From Lama glama (lineage: Eukaryota): 64,000 bases of DNA. Shown here in pieces: positions 52,522-64,000 of the stretch. The notes below the pieces were generated by a model, which made no database searches, was not told where the DNA came from, and saw only the letters and a program-made list of their open reading frames with translations. A program made the translations under genes and the position numbers. How positions within the stretch are numbered: position 1 is the first letter of the stretch; every line of letters begins with the position of its first letter. The DNA lies in contig CM052822.1 in assembly GCA_028534125.1 (NCBI GenBank), forward strand, positions 65,844,001 to 65,908,000, given 5' to 3'.

Positions 52522-52620
52522 CTGGTTGCCTCCACTCTTGGGGTTCACAAACACAAGCAAGGGCTTCATGAGTGGAGAAGAGATGGGTTTTATCACAAAA
52601 GGACGACCTTTGTTTTCCTG
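52522..52620 (-). CDS. DGKI: DGKI exon 3: [33 protein letters not shown], start of DAGKc
   Basis: cttccttcag|CAG ... CAG|gtgagt; 99 nt, phase 0-0; [15 protein letters not shown] signature. Confidence 0.96.
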
Positions 52621-53139
52621 CTGAAGGAAGAAAGCAACAATATTGATATACATCTGTGACCTGAAAGGCAGGCCCAAAGCAATGAAAGTGAGAAGTTACC
52701 AGCAGCCCCCCACCCCCTTCCAAAATAAAAAAAAAACAGTCAAAAACACCTGCATCTGGTTTCAAAGGACTTACTCTCAATAGCACATCCTACATGGAAC
52801 TTAGAGAAAAGTATCTCCACCTATAATTTGCCCCCAAGAATTAAGCCGTGCTTTTGATTTTCTTCTTCATACTCTAAGTGTTCTAGAAACATTCACTTTT
52901 ATCTTCATCATCTTTGGGATGAAACTTCCACAGACAATTGCCAATGCTCTGACTCTGAACTGGTAAGAGGTTATATGTATACAAGACACAGGCAGAATTC
53001 CAGTGTGGCTAGAGTGTGGTGAAGGAAGGAGTGGTAGGAGGTATGAATCAGAAAAAGAACCTTGGCCAGACCGTGTCAGACCGAGGAGGCTACAGAAAGA
53101 GGGACGCACTGCGTTGGACCATAATCCTCAAACACTTAC

Positions 53140-53214
53140 TTCGGCTCCTCTTTTGCTGGCTTTTCTTTTAAAGCTTGTTCTCTTCTTCTTGCGGTTTGAA
53201 GCCTTCAGAGAGTT
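53140..53214 (-). CDS. DGKI: DGKI exon 2: NSLKASNRKKKRTSFKRKASKRGAE, MARCKS phosphorylation-site homology / basic NLS segment
   Basis: ttccctacag|AAC ... GAA|gtaagt; 75 nt, phase 0-0; KKKRTSFKRK motif typical of DGKZ/DGKI. Confidence 0.96.
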
Positions 53215-53435
53215 CTGTAGGGAAGGAAGGAAACACCTGAGTTCGGGGGCAGACGGCCCGCGCGCTCTCCCATGCAGAACCATGTAGAGGTGGACGGCGG
53301 CACATGCTGGCGACGGCATGCTCTCATGCTTTGACACTTCCAAGCCACTGTTCATGGGTAAGCCACAGACAGAGATCCGTCGCGTGCGTCAGAGGAGCGA
53401 CCGACTCCCCACCACACGGAGAGGCAGGGAGTGAG

Positions 53436-53686
53436 NNNNNNNNNNNNNNNNNNNNNNNNNNNNNNNNNNNNNNNNNNNNNNNNNNNNNNNNNNNNNNNNN
53501 NNNNNNNNNNNNNNNNNNNNNNNNNNNNNNNNNNNNNNNNNNNNNNNNNNNNNNNNNNNNNNNNNNNNNNNNNNNNNNNNNNNNNNNNNNNNNNNNNNNN
53601 NNNNNNNNNNNNNNNNNNNNNNNNNNNNNNNNNNNNNNNNNNNNNNNNNNNNNNNNNNNNNNNNNNNNNNNNNNNNNNNNNNNNNN
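53436..53686. other. Assembly gap (251 N)
   Basis: run of n. Confidence 1.
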
Positions 53687-54922
53687 GTGACCTGTTCATA
53701 AAATGACTCAACCCCACTGGAACTTTATGATCCAACTCTCCTGTCAGCATTCATGGCTCAGTTTTAAAGTGCAAAGACTCACCTTAAGTTACTTATAACA
53801 GTAGAAAGGCAGTCACTGCTCCTCCTTTCTCTGGCTAAAGACCCATTAATTTAAAAAGTCTTCCCTCCCCTGGTAACTTTGATTTTTTCTTCTCAGAGAA
53901 GTGTGTCCAACTTGTTGAAACAAAGTGACCAAATTTACCTTCCCTGTCTTGATCTTTCTAGGGATTTTATGGACCACACCTTTGTGACTACTTCAGCTAA
54001 CAATTTACTCTTAATATTTGATACAAATGCTTTGAGAAGAACCTCTCTCAGGAGACAGCCCCATCTCACTGGTTGAAGGCAAGGCAGAACCAGACTTAAT
54101 TAGTGCAGAACCAATAATTAATTAGATTGCCATCATCACAAAGGTAAGCTATTACTACCACATCATAGATGTTTTACAAAATGTTGAAATCCTGAAATAC
54201 AAAATTCTTAACTTAAAAATTGATAGAAGTATATACAAATGCACTGCTTGAGCAATTAAATGTTTCCAAACAGCTTAAATATCTATTTTTCTACATTTTA
54301 GAGTATTTTTCCTTACAGCATTGAAAATAAACTTTAGTCTAGAGTCAGATATTAACACATCCAGATTAGGAAGACTGGAACTACTTAGCTTTTATTTCAC
54401 TTTCATCTGGACCACGGGAAAGAAAAAATAAAAGAAATTTGTGGCCTGTGCTCACCAAGGATGAAGGAAACTTTCTTGCACCGCCATCTGCCTCAAGGTT
54501 TTCTTCCCCCATCAGATTAAAAGTCTCCAGGTTCTCTGAGTCTCACCAGAAAAGGGATCCAGAAGCTCAGGGTGTTCTGGATTCCAGGTTATTTCTCATC
54601 ACTCATTCTAGACTATGTTCCTCCAGCAAACAGATCTCCAAGTTTCTGAATTCTTCTTTCAATGAATGTACTATCATGTCCCTCTTTGGGAAACTTCTGC
54701 ATTCTTCAATTATTTGCTACATTTTGACTACTTTCTGTTTTATTAAAAGGGGAGAAAAATTACTTGGAACCGTTAAGTGTTTAACCGGCCAAATGATCCA
54801 AGAAGAATGCTGTGAATGATGAGACTGGCAGAAGCAGTATCTACCTGATGGCTGTTAATGATGCTCTGAATGCTGATACCTGGGCCCCAACAAATATTCT
54901 TATTTGTTTGGGGGTGAAGCCC

Positions 54923-55056
54923 NNNNNNNNNNNNNNNNNNNNNNNNNNNNNNNNNNNNNNNNNNNNNNNNNNNNNNNNNNNNNNNNNNNNNNNNNNNNNN
55001 NNNNNNNNNNNNNNNNNNNNNNNNNNNNNNNNNNNNNNNNNNNNNNNNNNNNNNNN
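54923..55056. other. Assembly gap (134 N)
   Basis: run of n. Confidence 1.
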
Positions 55057-55079
55057 CAGAGGGCAGAGAGGAGACATAC

Positions 55080-55345
55080 ATGGTGTGGTAAAGCAGAACA
55101 TCCAGCTGAGGAATGTGAGCTGTGGAATCAGACAGACCGAGGGTACCTTCTGACTGTCCCTGTTACTAGATCTGTGACCTTGGCCAAGTCAGTCGAACTT
55201 TCGAAATAACAGTTTCTTAATTTTAAAATGAAGGTGTTAATACCTACCTCACAGGACAGTTGTGAAGTTTAAACGAGAAAAGGTGTGTGAAGCAGTTAGC
55301 TTGGTATCCATCCCATGATAAGCACTTCCATAAATGTTAGTTGCC
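55080..55345 (+). mobile_element. MIR SINE
   Basis: ctgtgaccttggccaagtcag...aaaatgaaggtgttaatacctacctcacagg...gttgtgaag. Confidence 0.8.
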
Positions 55346-55651
55346 TCGTCCACAGCTGTGCATCCCCAGCACCTAGCACGAAGGCCTGGCACACAGTATG
55401 CACTCAAATTGTCGTTGAAAAAGATAAATCAATATTTTTATAGTTCACAACATTGCCTGAGCCTTTCCTGATCCTGAAAAGGACCTTGAGGGAGAGAGTC
55501 CTTGTTTCCTCACTTCTTTGTTGTTTTTGTTCCTTTACTGCCTGGAGCAATGCAGGACATCGAGGGCTTGCAGGAACACCCTACGGGCCTTGGTTCTTGA
55601 CAGGACTCAATAATTAAACCCCAAGAGATAGTCTAATGGATCAAGCTAAGG

Positions 55652-55728
55652 CTGTTTCCTAAACTTGCCTGATCACAGAAATCACAGCTCTTGAGGTGAT
55701 TCGATGATCAAATATGTTTGGGAAACAG
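55652..55728. mobile_element. Internally deleted MER117-like MITE forming a hairpin
   Basis: TIRs CTGTTTCCTAAAC / GTTTGGGAAACAG (12/13 complementary) with inner tgatca..aatcac / gtgatt..tgatca. Confidence 0.6.
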
Positions 55729-57513
55729 GTTAGAAAACCACATCAAAATAAGGCTGGGTGTTTGAAAACAGAGCAGGCGAGGAACTCAACTCTAATAGGG
55801 AACTGACACACAAAATGGCTTTTTTTTTTTTCAAACACAGATACAAGTTGCTTATGAGCCTCACCAAGCCAATTGCATCTGAAGCCTTCTTCATCTCACA
55901 AAACAGGAGGGGCAAAGATCAAGCACAGCGGGTGACTTACAGAACGTGGACGCTTCTATGTGAGCTCTGAGTGAGTTATGGCCCTACGGATGGTCCAATG
56001 GCAAGAGATAAGCAGTATGGAATTTCACCGCACACCTCCAAATTCCCGACGCTTCCTTCTCTTCCTGTGTAAATATGTATCTCTGTCTCAATATAGAACT
56101 TCTTTTAGAAGGCAGCATCATTCAAGGAAGAACAGAGGGATGTGAAGGCAGATCTGGGTTTTGGCCATGACAAATCACCTAGGGCCGTGAATCTACAATA
56201 TCGCTCACCCCGCCTGGTCGGTATTGTAAGAGTTAAACAAAACAACATGCTTTTCCAGAAGGTAAAAATTGTACCAAGTCATTATTGTCTAGAATTGTTG
56301 GTGATACAGTCAAGAAACCTTTAATACTTGCCCTGTGTCCTAAAACAAAGCACCCCTGTTACCAGGGGCAGCGAACTCAGTGAGACAAAGGGTTCACTTT
56401 GCAAGTTCAATGCTGTTCAAACAGCGAAATGTTGTGTTCTCCTTTGGATTTTTACATTCTCCTGATTCCAACAGCGTTCACCCCTGCACGTTCTGTGCCC
56501 GCTCTTTCGTTAAAAATCCCAACAAAAGAGAAAGGCTTTTTGTTTCCTGGTACCAGGTATTGGAGCAGCTTTACCTTGCCACAGAAATAATTCCATCACC
56601 AATCTTTACCATAGTTATGGCTCCTTCCTGGGATGTTAAGAAACCCTGTGGGTGAATTACTCAACTGTGAGTGAAACCTAACTGCCTCTTACTACTCTTC
56701 AGGGATTTCCTTGGGCGATGGGCTCACAAAGGACCAGTCAAAATAACAGATCTAAAGAGAAGATCTCTCACTTCATCATCCCAATTGAAGTCTTCCCCCA
56801 TCATACACTGGTCAAAACTCTGATGGATATTAAGTGGGAGAGTCGTGGACTCTGTCTGTTAAAGAGCGTTCTCCCTCTGCCCTGCCCCAGCTGGACCACT
56901 GCAGCAAAGGTGGCTGAGAGGACAGCTAAGTAGAAGAAGAAAGAAAACTCATTCAAATATTAAGGACAGGGTCTCAGCTGCTCCTCAGGTATATTTGGCC
57001 AAATCACAGCAATTATTACTTAACCTCTAGACTTGATCAAAGGAAGTCGCTTGTGCAATTTTGAGAGACTGTTGGTCATTGCTATTACATGTCTTGGGGT
57101 CCCCAGCATTTTAAAATTATCCAATCATAAGAAATAAGGGCTGGCATGAAGAAAGCCCACATGAGGCTAAGCAGGAGTTGGCTGTGGCATTTACATAAGT
57201 AGACCATTAGAAAGAATATAAATATCTATCAGTAGGGAGTTGGCTTAAATAGATTGTAAAATATCCATAGTATGGAATGTATACAGCAGTTTAAAAGGGA
57301 GTCAAATCTATATATATTAATATAGATGTTTCCCTTAAGATTTTTTTTAATTAGGAAAGCCAATATTAAAGCTGTTAAGTGTAGAATGATGTTATTTATT
57401 AAAAACACACACCTCTAGTCTTCCCCTTACAAATCTAACCCCACAAAAACTTCATCTCACCCAGGTCTTGCTCCATCAGCTCCAAGTACTTGCACTAGTA
57501 TTTAAATGTCTTT

Positions 57514-57647
57514 TGTTTTTTGAGGGGGAGGAGGGCGGTAATTAGGTTTGTTTACTTAATTATTTTTTTAATGGATGTACCAGGGATTGAGTCTAGGACC
57601 TTGTGCATGCTAAGCATGCACTCCACCACTTGAGCTATACCCTCCCC
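57514..57647 (-). mobile_element. tRNA-Ala-derived SINE (Vic-1-like)
   Basis: ggtaattaggttt...aggaccttgtgcatgctaagcatgcactccaccacttgagctataccctcccc; imperfect TSD taaatgtcttt / taaacatcttt. Confidence 0.88.
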
Positions 57648-59479
57648 ACTAAACATCTTTAACTTGTTTATCCGGTCAAAACATTATCCTCTAACATTTT
57701 CAGTTCAGAGAAGAAACACAGACTTTAAATCTGTAACTTTAAATATAACTTTGACTTTACATCAACAGAGTCAGGCTTGGTTCCTGAAATTTGGTTTTCT
57801 TTTCCTTTTAATTCCTTTCAGTCCTCTACCTTCCATTATTTCTTAACCTCTAGGTGTCTCCAAATAACCTGGTGATGAAATCCAGCAAATCATCCAGGCA
57901 GCCCTCATTTCCCCTACCATCACAGTTTCACCCAGCTCTGTTCCCTGCTGGTCCTGAAGTAATCATACACTCAGAACCAGCCATCTTTTAACAGAGAAGG
58001 AAAACACACAGTTTAATTCCACCTCTGTACAACCCACTTCTCCTGACCATTATACACTCAGCAGATTTCCTTTCCTCTTCTTCTCTGGAGTCGTTTAGAC
58101 ACAAGCATCACAAATAAAGCCAACTTTATTTGATGATCCCTCTTAACTGTTGCTCTTGGTTTGTCCTATCAACATGCACTGTCCTTTCTCATCCCTCTGT
58201 CTAGTGCCCCCCTCCATCGTTCAAGACCAAGCACAAATGACATACTTTCCATTTAGCCTAGGCTGCTCTCCGGGACTGAAGCTGTCCAATCCTGCTCCAT
58301 GTTTCCATATCTTAGGTGGCTTCCCATTCTCCATCTTAGACGTGTAGGCGTCTCACTGACCAGGGCTGATTCAACCACTCTGTCTGGCCCCTTCCTCTCA
58401 TAGACATAGGGTGGTGAGAGGAAGGGGCCAGATCTATCTCTTCTATAAGACGCACACTGATCAAAAAGGCAAACCTTCCTAGACATCTGAAAGCTACTGC
58501 TTTACTAAAGATTTACACGTGGCTGAAATCCTCCCCAGAATCCACACTCTGACCAATGGTTTAGATGGTTGTGTCTACCTTCCCCACTGGGGAGTATACC
58601 CTTTGTAGACATCAAATGAATATCTGATTCATCTTTGGACCTCCCATGGCATATAATAGCATCTCTAATGTGGTTAATTAAATGTTTCCTTGATTCAATT
58701 CAGACTATCTTATCATTTTTAAGCAGTGTCATAGAATACAGAAATACATAGACAATGGGGGAATAGATAGATAAAAATTCTAGAAGTTGGAAAAACATTT
58801 TATCTGTTGTTCTCCATCTACTTTCCAAACTGTTTTTTTTTAACTGCTTCTCAATGTCCAACAAATTCTGTAATCTTACTGCATCCATACCATCACTAAC
58901 AGGTTGCCACCCATGCTCCACTCTCTACAAACTATAGTTTTTATGGTCATCAATGATCTCATCCCAAAGACTTTTCTCAATCCTTGTTATTTTTTAATGT
59001 CTACAGAATTTAACATTGACAACTGTCCTATTTCTTTCCACTTTTAACAATGAAACTTTACGCCATCATAGTTCACTCTTACAGGATTCTCTTCCTCCTT
59101 CCTCTTTCTGGGTGTGGATGTTCATCCAGTTTTCGTCCATCCTTTTATTAAGTAAATGTATAGGTCCTGACTGTCTCCCATAGGACAGGCACTGTGCTCG
59201 TAAACACACAATCCCACTGCAGTGTAAAATGTAACAGCTATACAGTATTTCAAGGTGCACTTGGAAACAGAGTAGATGCCAGGCATGGTCCCTACTCTTG
59301 TCTCTTTCTACCCTCTCCACTGGAAATCTCATCCTCTTTCACTGTAATACAGATGGTTCAGGGATCAGTAATTTCTGTCCTGACCCCTGGAGGACTGTCC
59401 ACTGTTTTCAGTCTGTTGTTGGACAGCGTCACCTGATATCCTGTACTCCTACAAGAAGGAAAACAACAGCTGCTAACAC

Positions 59480-60100
59480 CTGAGTGGTTGCAATGAGCCT
59501 GGTGCTGTTCTATGTGTTTTTTCGTTTTTTCGCTTAGTCCTCACGAAAACTCCATGAATTAGGTACTAGTATTATTCACCCTTTGCAGATGAGAAACTGA
59601 AGAGTTTAAGTTGTTTGAGATTATACAAGTTACTAAGTGGCAGATCAAGGTTATAGACCCCAGACTGACTCGCAAGCTCTTAATCACGTCTATGTTGCCC
59701 CCTAAGCTCATCAGACACCAGCTTTTACATAGAACTTAGTTGACTGACTAAATTACTTGATGGCTTTGGAGCCCAGAGGAGGAGGAGCCACCAAAACTGT
59801 TAGACATGTGATTCAGCAAGGCTTGCTGTAGCAAGACAGTCAGGGAGCACAGCATATCATTAAGAGCTTGGTTTCCAGAATCAGAATTCCTGGGTTCAAC
59901 GCCACCTCAAACTTTAAAACTATATAGCCCTGGGTTATTTATTTGACTTCTCTAGTCCTCACCTTCCTCAGCTTTCTCACAAAGTGGGACTAATAAAATA
60001 TCTACCTCATAGGGCACAGTGATAATAAAAAGATACTGAATGTAAAACACTTAAAATATTTCCTAGCCCATATGAAGCATTCAATAAATTTGAGCTTTCT
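59480..60100. mobile_element. Two MIR SINEs in opposite orientation
   Basis: Minus copy about 59480-59690 (tttgcagatgagaaactgaag); plus copy about 59845-60100 (taataaaatatctacctcataggg). Confidence 0.65.
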
Positions 60101-60389
60101 TTTTATTACAATATCCTGAATCATAGAAGATAATAGAAGTGTGTGATGAAAAAAAAATTTGGACTTTAGCATCCAGACTGTGAAGACTCTCCAAAAATCA
60201 CCACCACCACCACCCTGCCACCTAACAAAAGCTGCTGAAGTACCAACTCATCATTCCGAAAATTTACAAAGGCAAGCACGCAAACATTTGTTATGTTACT
60301 TGCTGGTTATAAGGGAAAAGTCTCTTTACAGAAAAACTGTAGCTAAAAAGAGGAGTAAAAATTGGAAAATCGCCCTTTAGCAACCCCTA

Positions 60390-61265
60390 GTGAAAGAACA
60401 GATTTAGGTAACAATATTTAATGGATAAAAAACACTAGGTGAAAGGCTAATGAACAAGTTTATAACAATGGATTAGGATAATAGCTCCTGAACGCACCGA
60501 CTGATCTTAACATCACGAGAGTGAACCACCTGGTACCATGTTCCTTTAAAAGCAACATTATGGAAATTTACACCAGCATCCATGGAGTCCTTCTGCCAGG
60601 AAACTAAACCTGAATCTAAATGAGTCTATGTATCTAAATATCTGATTATTATTTTTACAGGAAATATGGGCAATAAGGGAAATAATTCTAAAATACAAAA
60701 AGGATGTAATCAGCCATAATAAAAATATGGGAAATTCTACAGGCAAAGTGACTCAATTTATTCTATAAATAAATGGCATGAAAGATAGATTATTATGAAT
60801 TAAGACATTTAAGAGAGAAGTCAACAAAAAAGGCAGTTGTAGACTTTAGATTCTAATTTGGAAAAAAAAACTTTAAAAAGATGTATTTGAAACAATCAGA
60901 AAATATTTTAAAAACGCCGCCTCAAATTATCTAATGTTGATGAGTGAGGTAATAGTTTTCTTTCTAAAATGTTATCTTTCCGAGAAGCAAAATGAAGCAT
61001 TTACAGATTTCCACTTTCAGGAAGACAGAGTAAATGGGGTGAGACCACAAGAAAATGGCTGTGGCCGTGAAAAGGCAACATGAGGGATGCTTGCGGCGAT
61101 GGAGCTAGTCTATGTCTTGAGTAACCAGTGTCAACGTCCCGGTTGTGATGTTAGACTGTAGCACTGCAAGAAGTTACCAGGAGGGGAAAGGGTGTAAGGG
61201 TACGTGGGACCCTTCTGTGTTATTTCTTACAAAGGCATGTGAATCTCAAAACCAAATTTAGTTAA
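60390..61265 (+). mobile_element. L1MC-type 3' UTR fragments
   Basis: aaacctgaatctaaatgag..., aaaaggcaacatgagggat...gggtacgtgggacc...tgtgttatttcttac...catgtgaatct. Confidence 0.7.
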
Positions 61266-63173
61266 GCAAAAGGAAAATATGGTGTGGCAGGGGACAGACA
61301 AAACAATCATAGAGAAAAGTTCACAGTTATAGAAGAATTCATTATTCTCTTTTTCTTCATTTCCTTGAAAATGTCAACAACAAAGTTTTTTGTTTTTTTT
61401 TTTTAGTTTAGAAAAGTCAAACTTAGAATTTCCCTGAAAAGTGGTATTGCCTTCTTATTTTCCTGTTCTATCTCCAGTCCTCCAAAGCCCCAAACCACCA
61501 GGTCAGCCTACACTCTCCTGAGAGTTGTTTCCTTCTAAAGTACAGTTTTACTCCATCACTCCTTTGTTTAAAAGGACAAAGTTCGCATGGATCAAAAATA
61601 ACCCCCAGTCAGGCTTGAGCAATCTTGCGCTCATTCCTACACCCCCTACATACACCTTCCTTGGCAGTCACACTAGTCTCCAGTCCCATGACTATCATTT
61701 GGGACACAGTATCCTCGCCTGTGCCCGCCTCCTGCGTGCTTTTTCCTTCTCCACTGATCTAAATCCCACCCACCTTTAAAGATGGGAAAAAACCCCACCT
61801 CCTTCATGAAACTCTCCCTGATCTTTCCTTAAAATAACTACATGATTCTCCAGAGCCAGGATCATGTATTACATCACAATTAGGAGCCTTCCTGGTACCA
61901 TCCAGGCTTTTGATGAAAACATACTGATTTAACTGAACATTCACTATAAAGCACATGGAGAGATCACTGAATTTTAGGGGGAAAACACACACAAAGAAGT
62001 AAAACTATTGAAGAGATTCTAAAACATAGCACTAAATTGGAAACCAGTGCACTTCAATCTCTGATGCAGCACTGTAACTGATCACCTTGGACAACGCACT
62101 AAGCGTCTGTTGGCATTTGGCTCTAAGATGTAAAGTGAAATGACTACATGCTCCATTTTCTAACGTATAGATACTGTACTTGCCTCTGAAAAACATTTCC
62201 TAAGGGCTTCTATGGATTGTAACTTGCAAAGATTACTAGTAAATGTTACTCAACAACTGAAGCAAAACTACATAAAACACATGAAAGAAAAAAGTGTCCC
62301 TGATCCACCAGTTTTTACGTAAAACTGAGCTAATGACAATACACTGCATGATGACTTTGGAGATCATATGAAGTCGGACTGCCAGATCTTTTAAAGCTAT
62401 TGCATTCAAGAAAACTCCTCAAGGTCCCTGCACCCTAGGGGAGGTGTAATCTCCCCGTAGCATTAAAAGTCTGCTATCCCCTAACCCGGAGATAACTGTC
62501 TAAGATGTATAGTACAAAGGTAGAAAGGGTTCTACTGAAAATGAGGACCTTGTGGAAAACCACTGAGGTTTCCCAGAATATTACAGCAGACGCTCTCCAG
62601 GACAGAAAGTACAACGAGGCTCGAATACAGAATGAGATTAGGTATTGAGAGGATAAATTTCTACTTTGCCTTAAGAAAAGAGTGTTGCTCTCTAAGCAGG
62701 CCTTGTGTATTTGGGAAGGTCATGACCCACAGTCTGCCGTTCAGGTTGGAAGTGGTGGTAATCTCAACCAAACACTGAAGCCTGCACAGTGTGCCCTCAC
62801 CGCCACTCCCTGGGGGTGCCCAGGCTGGAAGAGAAGAGAGTAGTGTAAGAATCAGCTGTACCCACCACGGGTCCTCAACTTACTCAGGAGAGCGCCCATC
62901 AAAGAGAAGAGCATGGACACACGAATTCAGGGGAGGAAGCATGCCTGCGGTGGGTCTCAGATCTCTTTAGGAAGAGGAGGCTGGTTCCCTGAGAGAGCCC
63001 CACGCAGTACAGTGATGGGCTAATAGGATGAACTGGGAAGCTAAGCTTGGGACTGTGGGGAGGAGTGAGCAGAGATTGGAGGAACCCAGAGACTCGTCAG
63101 GGGGAGAAAAGCAAGAAGCAACGGTTACTTTTTCTCTGCACTGGCCCAGCAGCACCGGGGTCCCGGCAGTTAC

Positions 63174-63290
63174 CTGAGGTTTCTTCACCTTAATGATCCA
63201 GGTGGGTGGGACAATGACAGCCGCGTGAGCCCCCAGGGAGCAGGGTTCCTCAATGTGATGCAGCATGAAGCAGGTCACCTTATTGTGAAA
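63174..63290 (-). CDS. DGKI: DGKI coding exon (window exon 1): [39 protein letters not shown], end of second C1 domain
   Basis: ttcccttcag|TTT ... CAG|gtaact; 117 nt, phase 0-0; lies within ORF 62967..63443. Confidence 0.96.
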
Positions 63291-63362
63291 CTGAAGGGAA
63301 AAACAGGCCAATAAACAATTCTGTGCAAAGGGCAAGGCTGCCTCAAGAAGGAATGAGTGCAG

Positions 63363-63420
63363 GTGCACACACACGTGTGTACACACACACACACACACAC
63401 ACGCGCGCGCGCGCGTACAC
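63363..63420. repeat. Compound (CA)n-(CG)7 microsatellite; 58 bp of perfect purine/pyrimidine alternation
   Basis: gtgcacacacacgtgtgtacacacacacacacacacacacgcgcgcgcgcgcgtacac. Confidence 0.95.
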
Positions 63421-63505
63421 TGAGGTCCCACACTCCTCATCACTGCCCAACCAGCGCCAGGAGCTTAGAGACAAGGTTTCAATTCATTCCGCTTTACAAA
63501 CAAAT

Positions 63506-63557
63506 ACCAACTGATAAAAAGAACTCAAACTAGGACCAACTGATAAAAAGAACTCAA
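63506..63557. repeat. Perfect 23-bp direct repeat with 6-bp spacer
   Basis: accaactgataaaaagaactcaa at 63506-63528 and 63535-63557. Confidence 0.9.
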
Positions 63558-64000
63558 TCTTACAGGATAAGGCCAGCTAAAACTTTATAACCTTTTAATA
63601 GGACATTTACATAAACAGTGAGAGACTTGGAGAGTTCTTTGAATGCTAACTTCACACGTAATTTTGTTTCACTTGGCTTGTGCTGGTCGCAGACCTGGCT
63701 GGTCTGAGATAATGCTGAGAAGGAAATGAAGACAAGCAGGAAGGCAGTGCCACCTGTCGGCCTCTCCTTTTTCCATCCATAGGCGTTTAAGTCCTTCCCA
63801 GGTAGCCCTTCCAGGTTAGGGGACCCAGGAAAGAAGGTGTCTCTTCTAGAGAGTTGCTGTTCCCGGAGGGAACAAAGCAATTGCTCCTGCTGGGTTTGGC
63901 TAGGGCTACTTAAAAAATAATGGTCTTATCACACTTGGCAAATCTAAAGTGGTTTTTGTTTTTGAAAGGAAGGAAGTGTAGACTAATGACCATAACAGTA

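Larger units (their letters stand above)
1..64000 (-). other. DGKI: Internal portion of the DGKI gene (diacylglycerol kinase iota, type IV DGK); 13 coding exons plus introns, both gene ends outside the window
   Basis: 13 exons with canonical AG/GT boundaries and compatible phases join to 1271 nt (423 codons + 2 nt). The translation matches DGK-iota as I recall it (e.g. AAFSDFLQRSSRDLSKHVKVV, which differs from the DGKZ equivalent). Confidence 0.97.

Noticed and set aside
53304-55209. Long ORFs spanning N runs (also 46222-46530)
   Set aside because: Artefacts of the assembly gaps (X residues).
59407-59432. REST/NRSE-like site (ttcag...tggacagcgtc)
   Set aside because: The left half-site does not match TCAGCACC and the spacing is wrong.
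63506-63557. CRISPR-like direct repeats
   Set aside because: Only two copies, a 6-bp spacer, a mammalian intron context and no cas genes.

Overview
Mammalian genomic DNA. The tRNA-Ala-derived SINE family points to a camelid (alpaca or camel), which is an inference. The whole window lies inside the diacylglycerol kinase iota gene (DGKI) on the minus strand. Thirteen GT-AG coding exons (63290 to 929, 1271 nt in total) splice into one uninterrupted frame. They cover the end of the second C1 domain, the MARCKS-homology basic segment, the catalytic DAGKc subdomain (GGDGT-VG ATP-binding loop) and the DAGKa accessory subdomain. The gene start and the ankyrin/PDZ-binding C-terminus lie outside the window. 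Introns hold six tRNA-Ala-type SINEs, an intact 643-bp solo ERV LTR with a 4-bp TSD, L1/L2/MIR/CR1 relics, MER5/MER3/MaLR/ERVL fragments, a fossil hAT (Charlie-like) transposase and three small assembly gaps. I see no evidence of a wholly new gene system. The best leads are regulatory and retrotranspositional: an RBFOX-motif and CpG cluster just upstream of the frame-symmetric MARCKS/NLS exon, a triple target-site duplication that suggests a captured polyadenylated fragment plus a SINE at one site, inverted SINE pairs bracketing frame-preserving exon pairs, a strong CTCF motif, and a Z-DNA/UG tract near a splice acceptor. Repeat family names come from recognition by eye and need RepeatMasker/Dfam confirmation.
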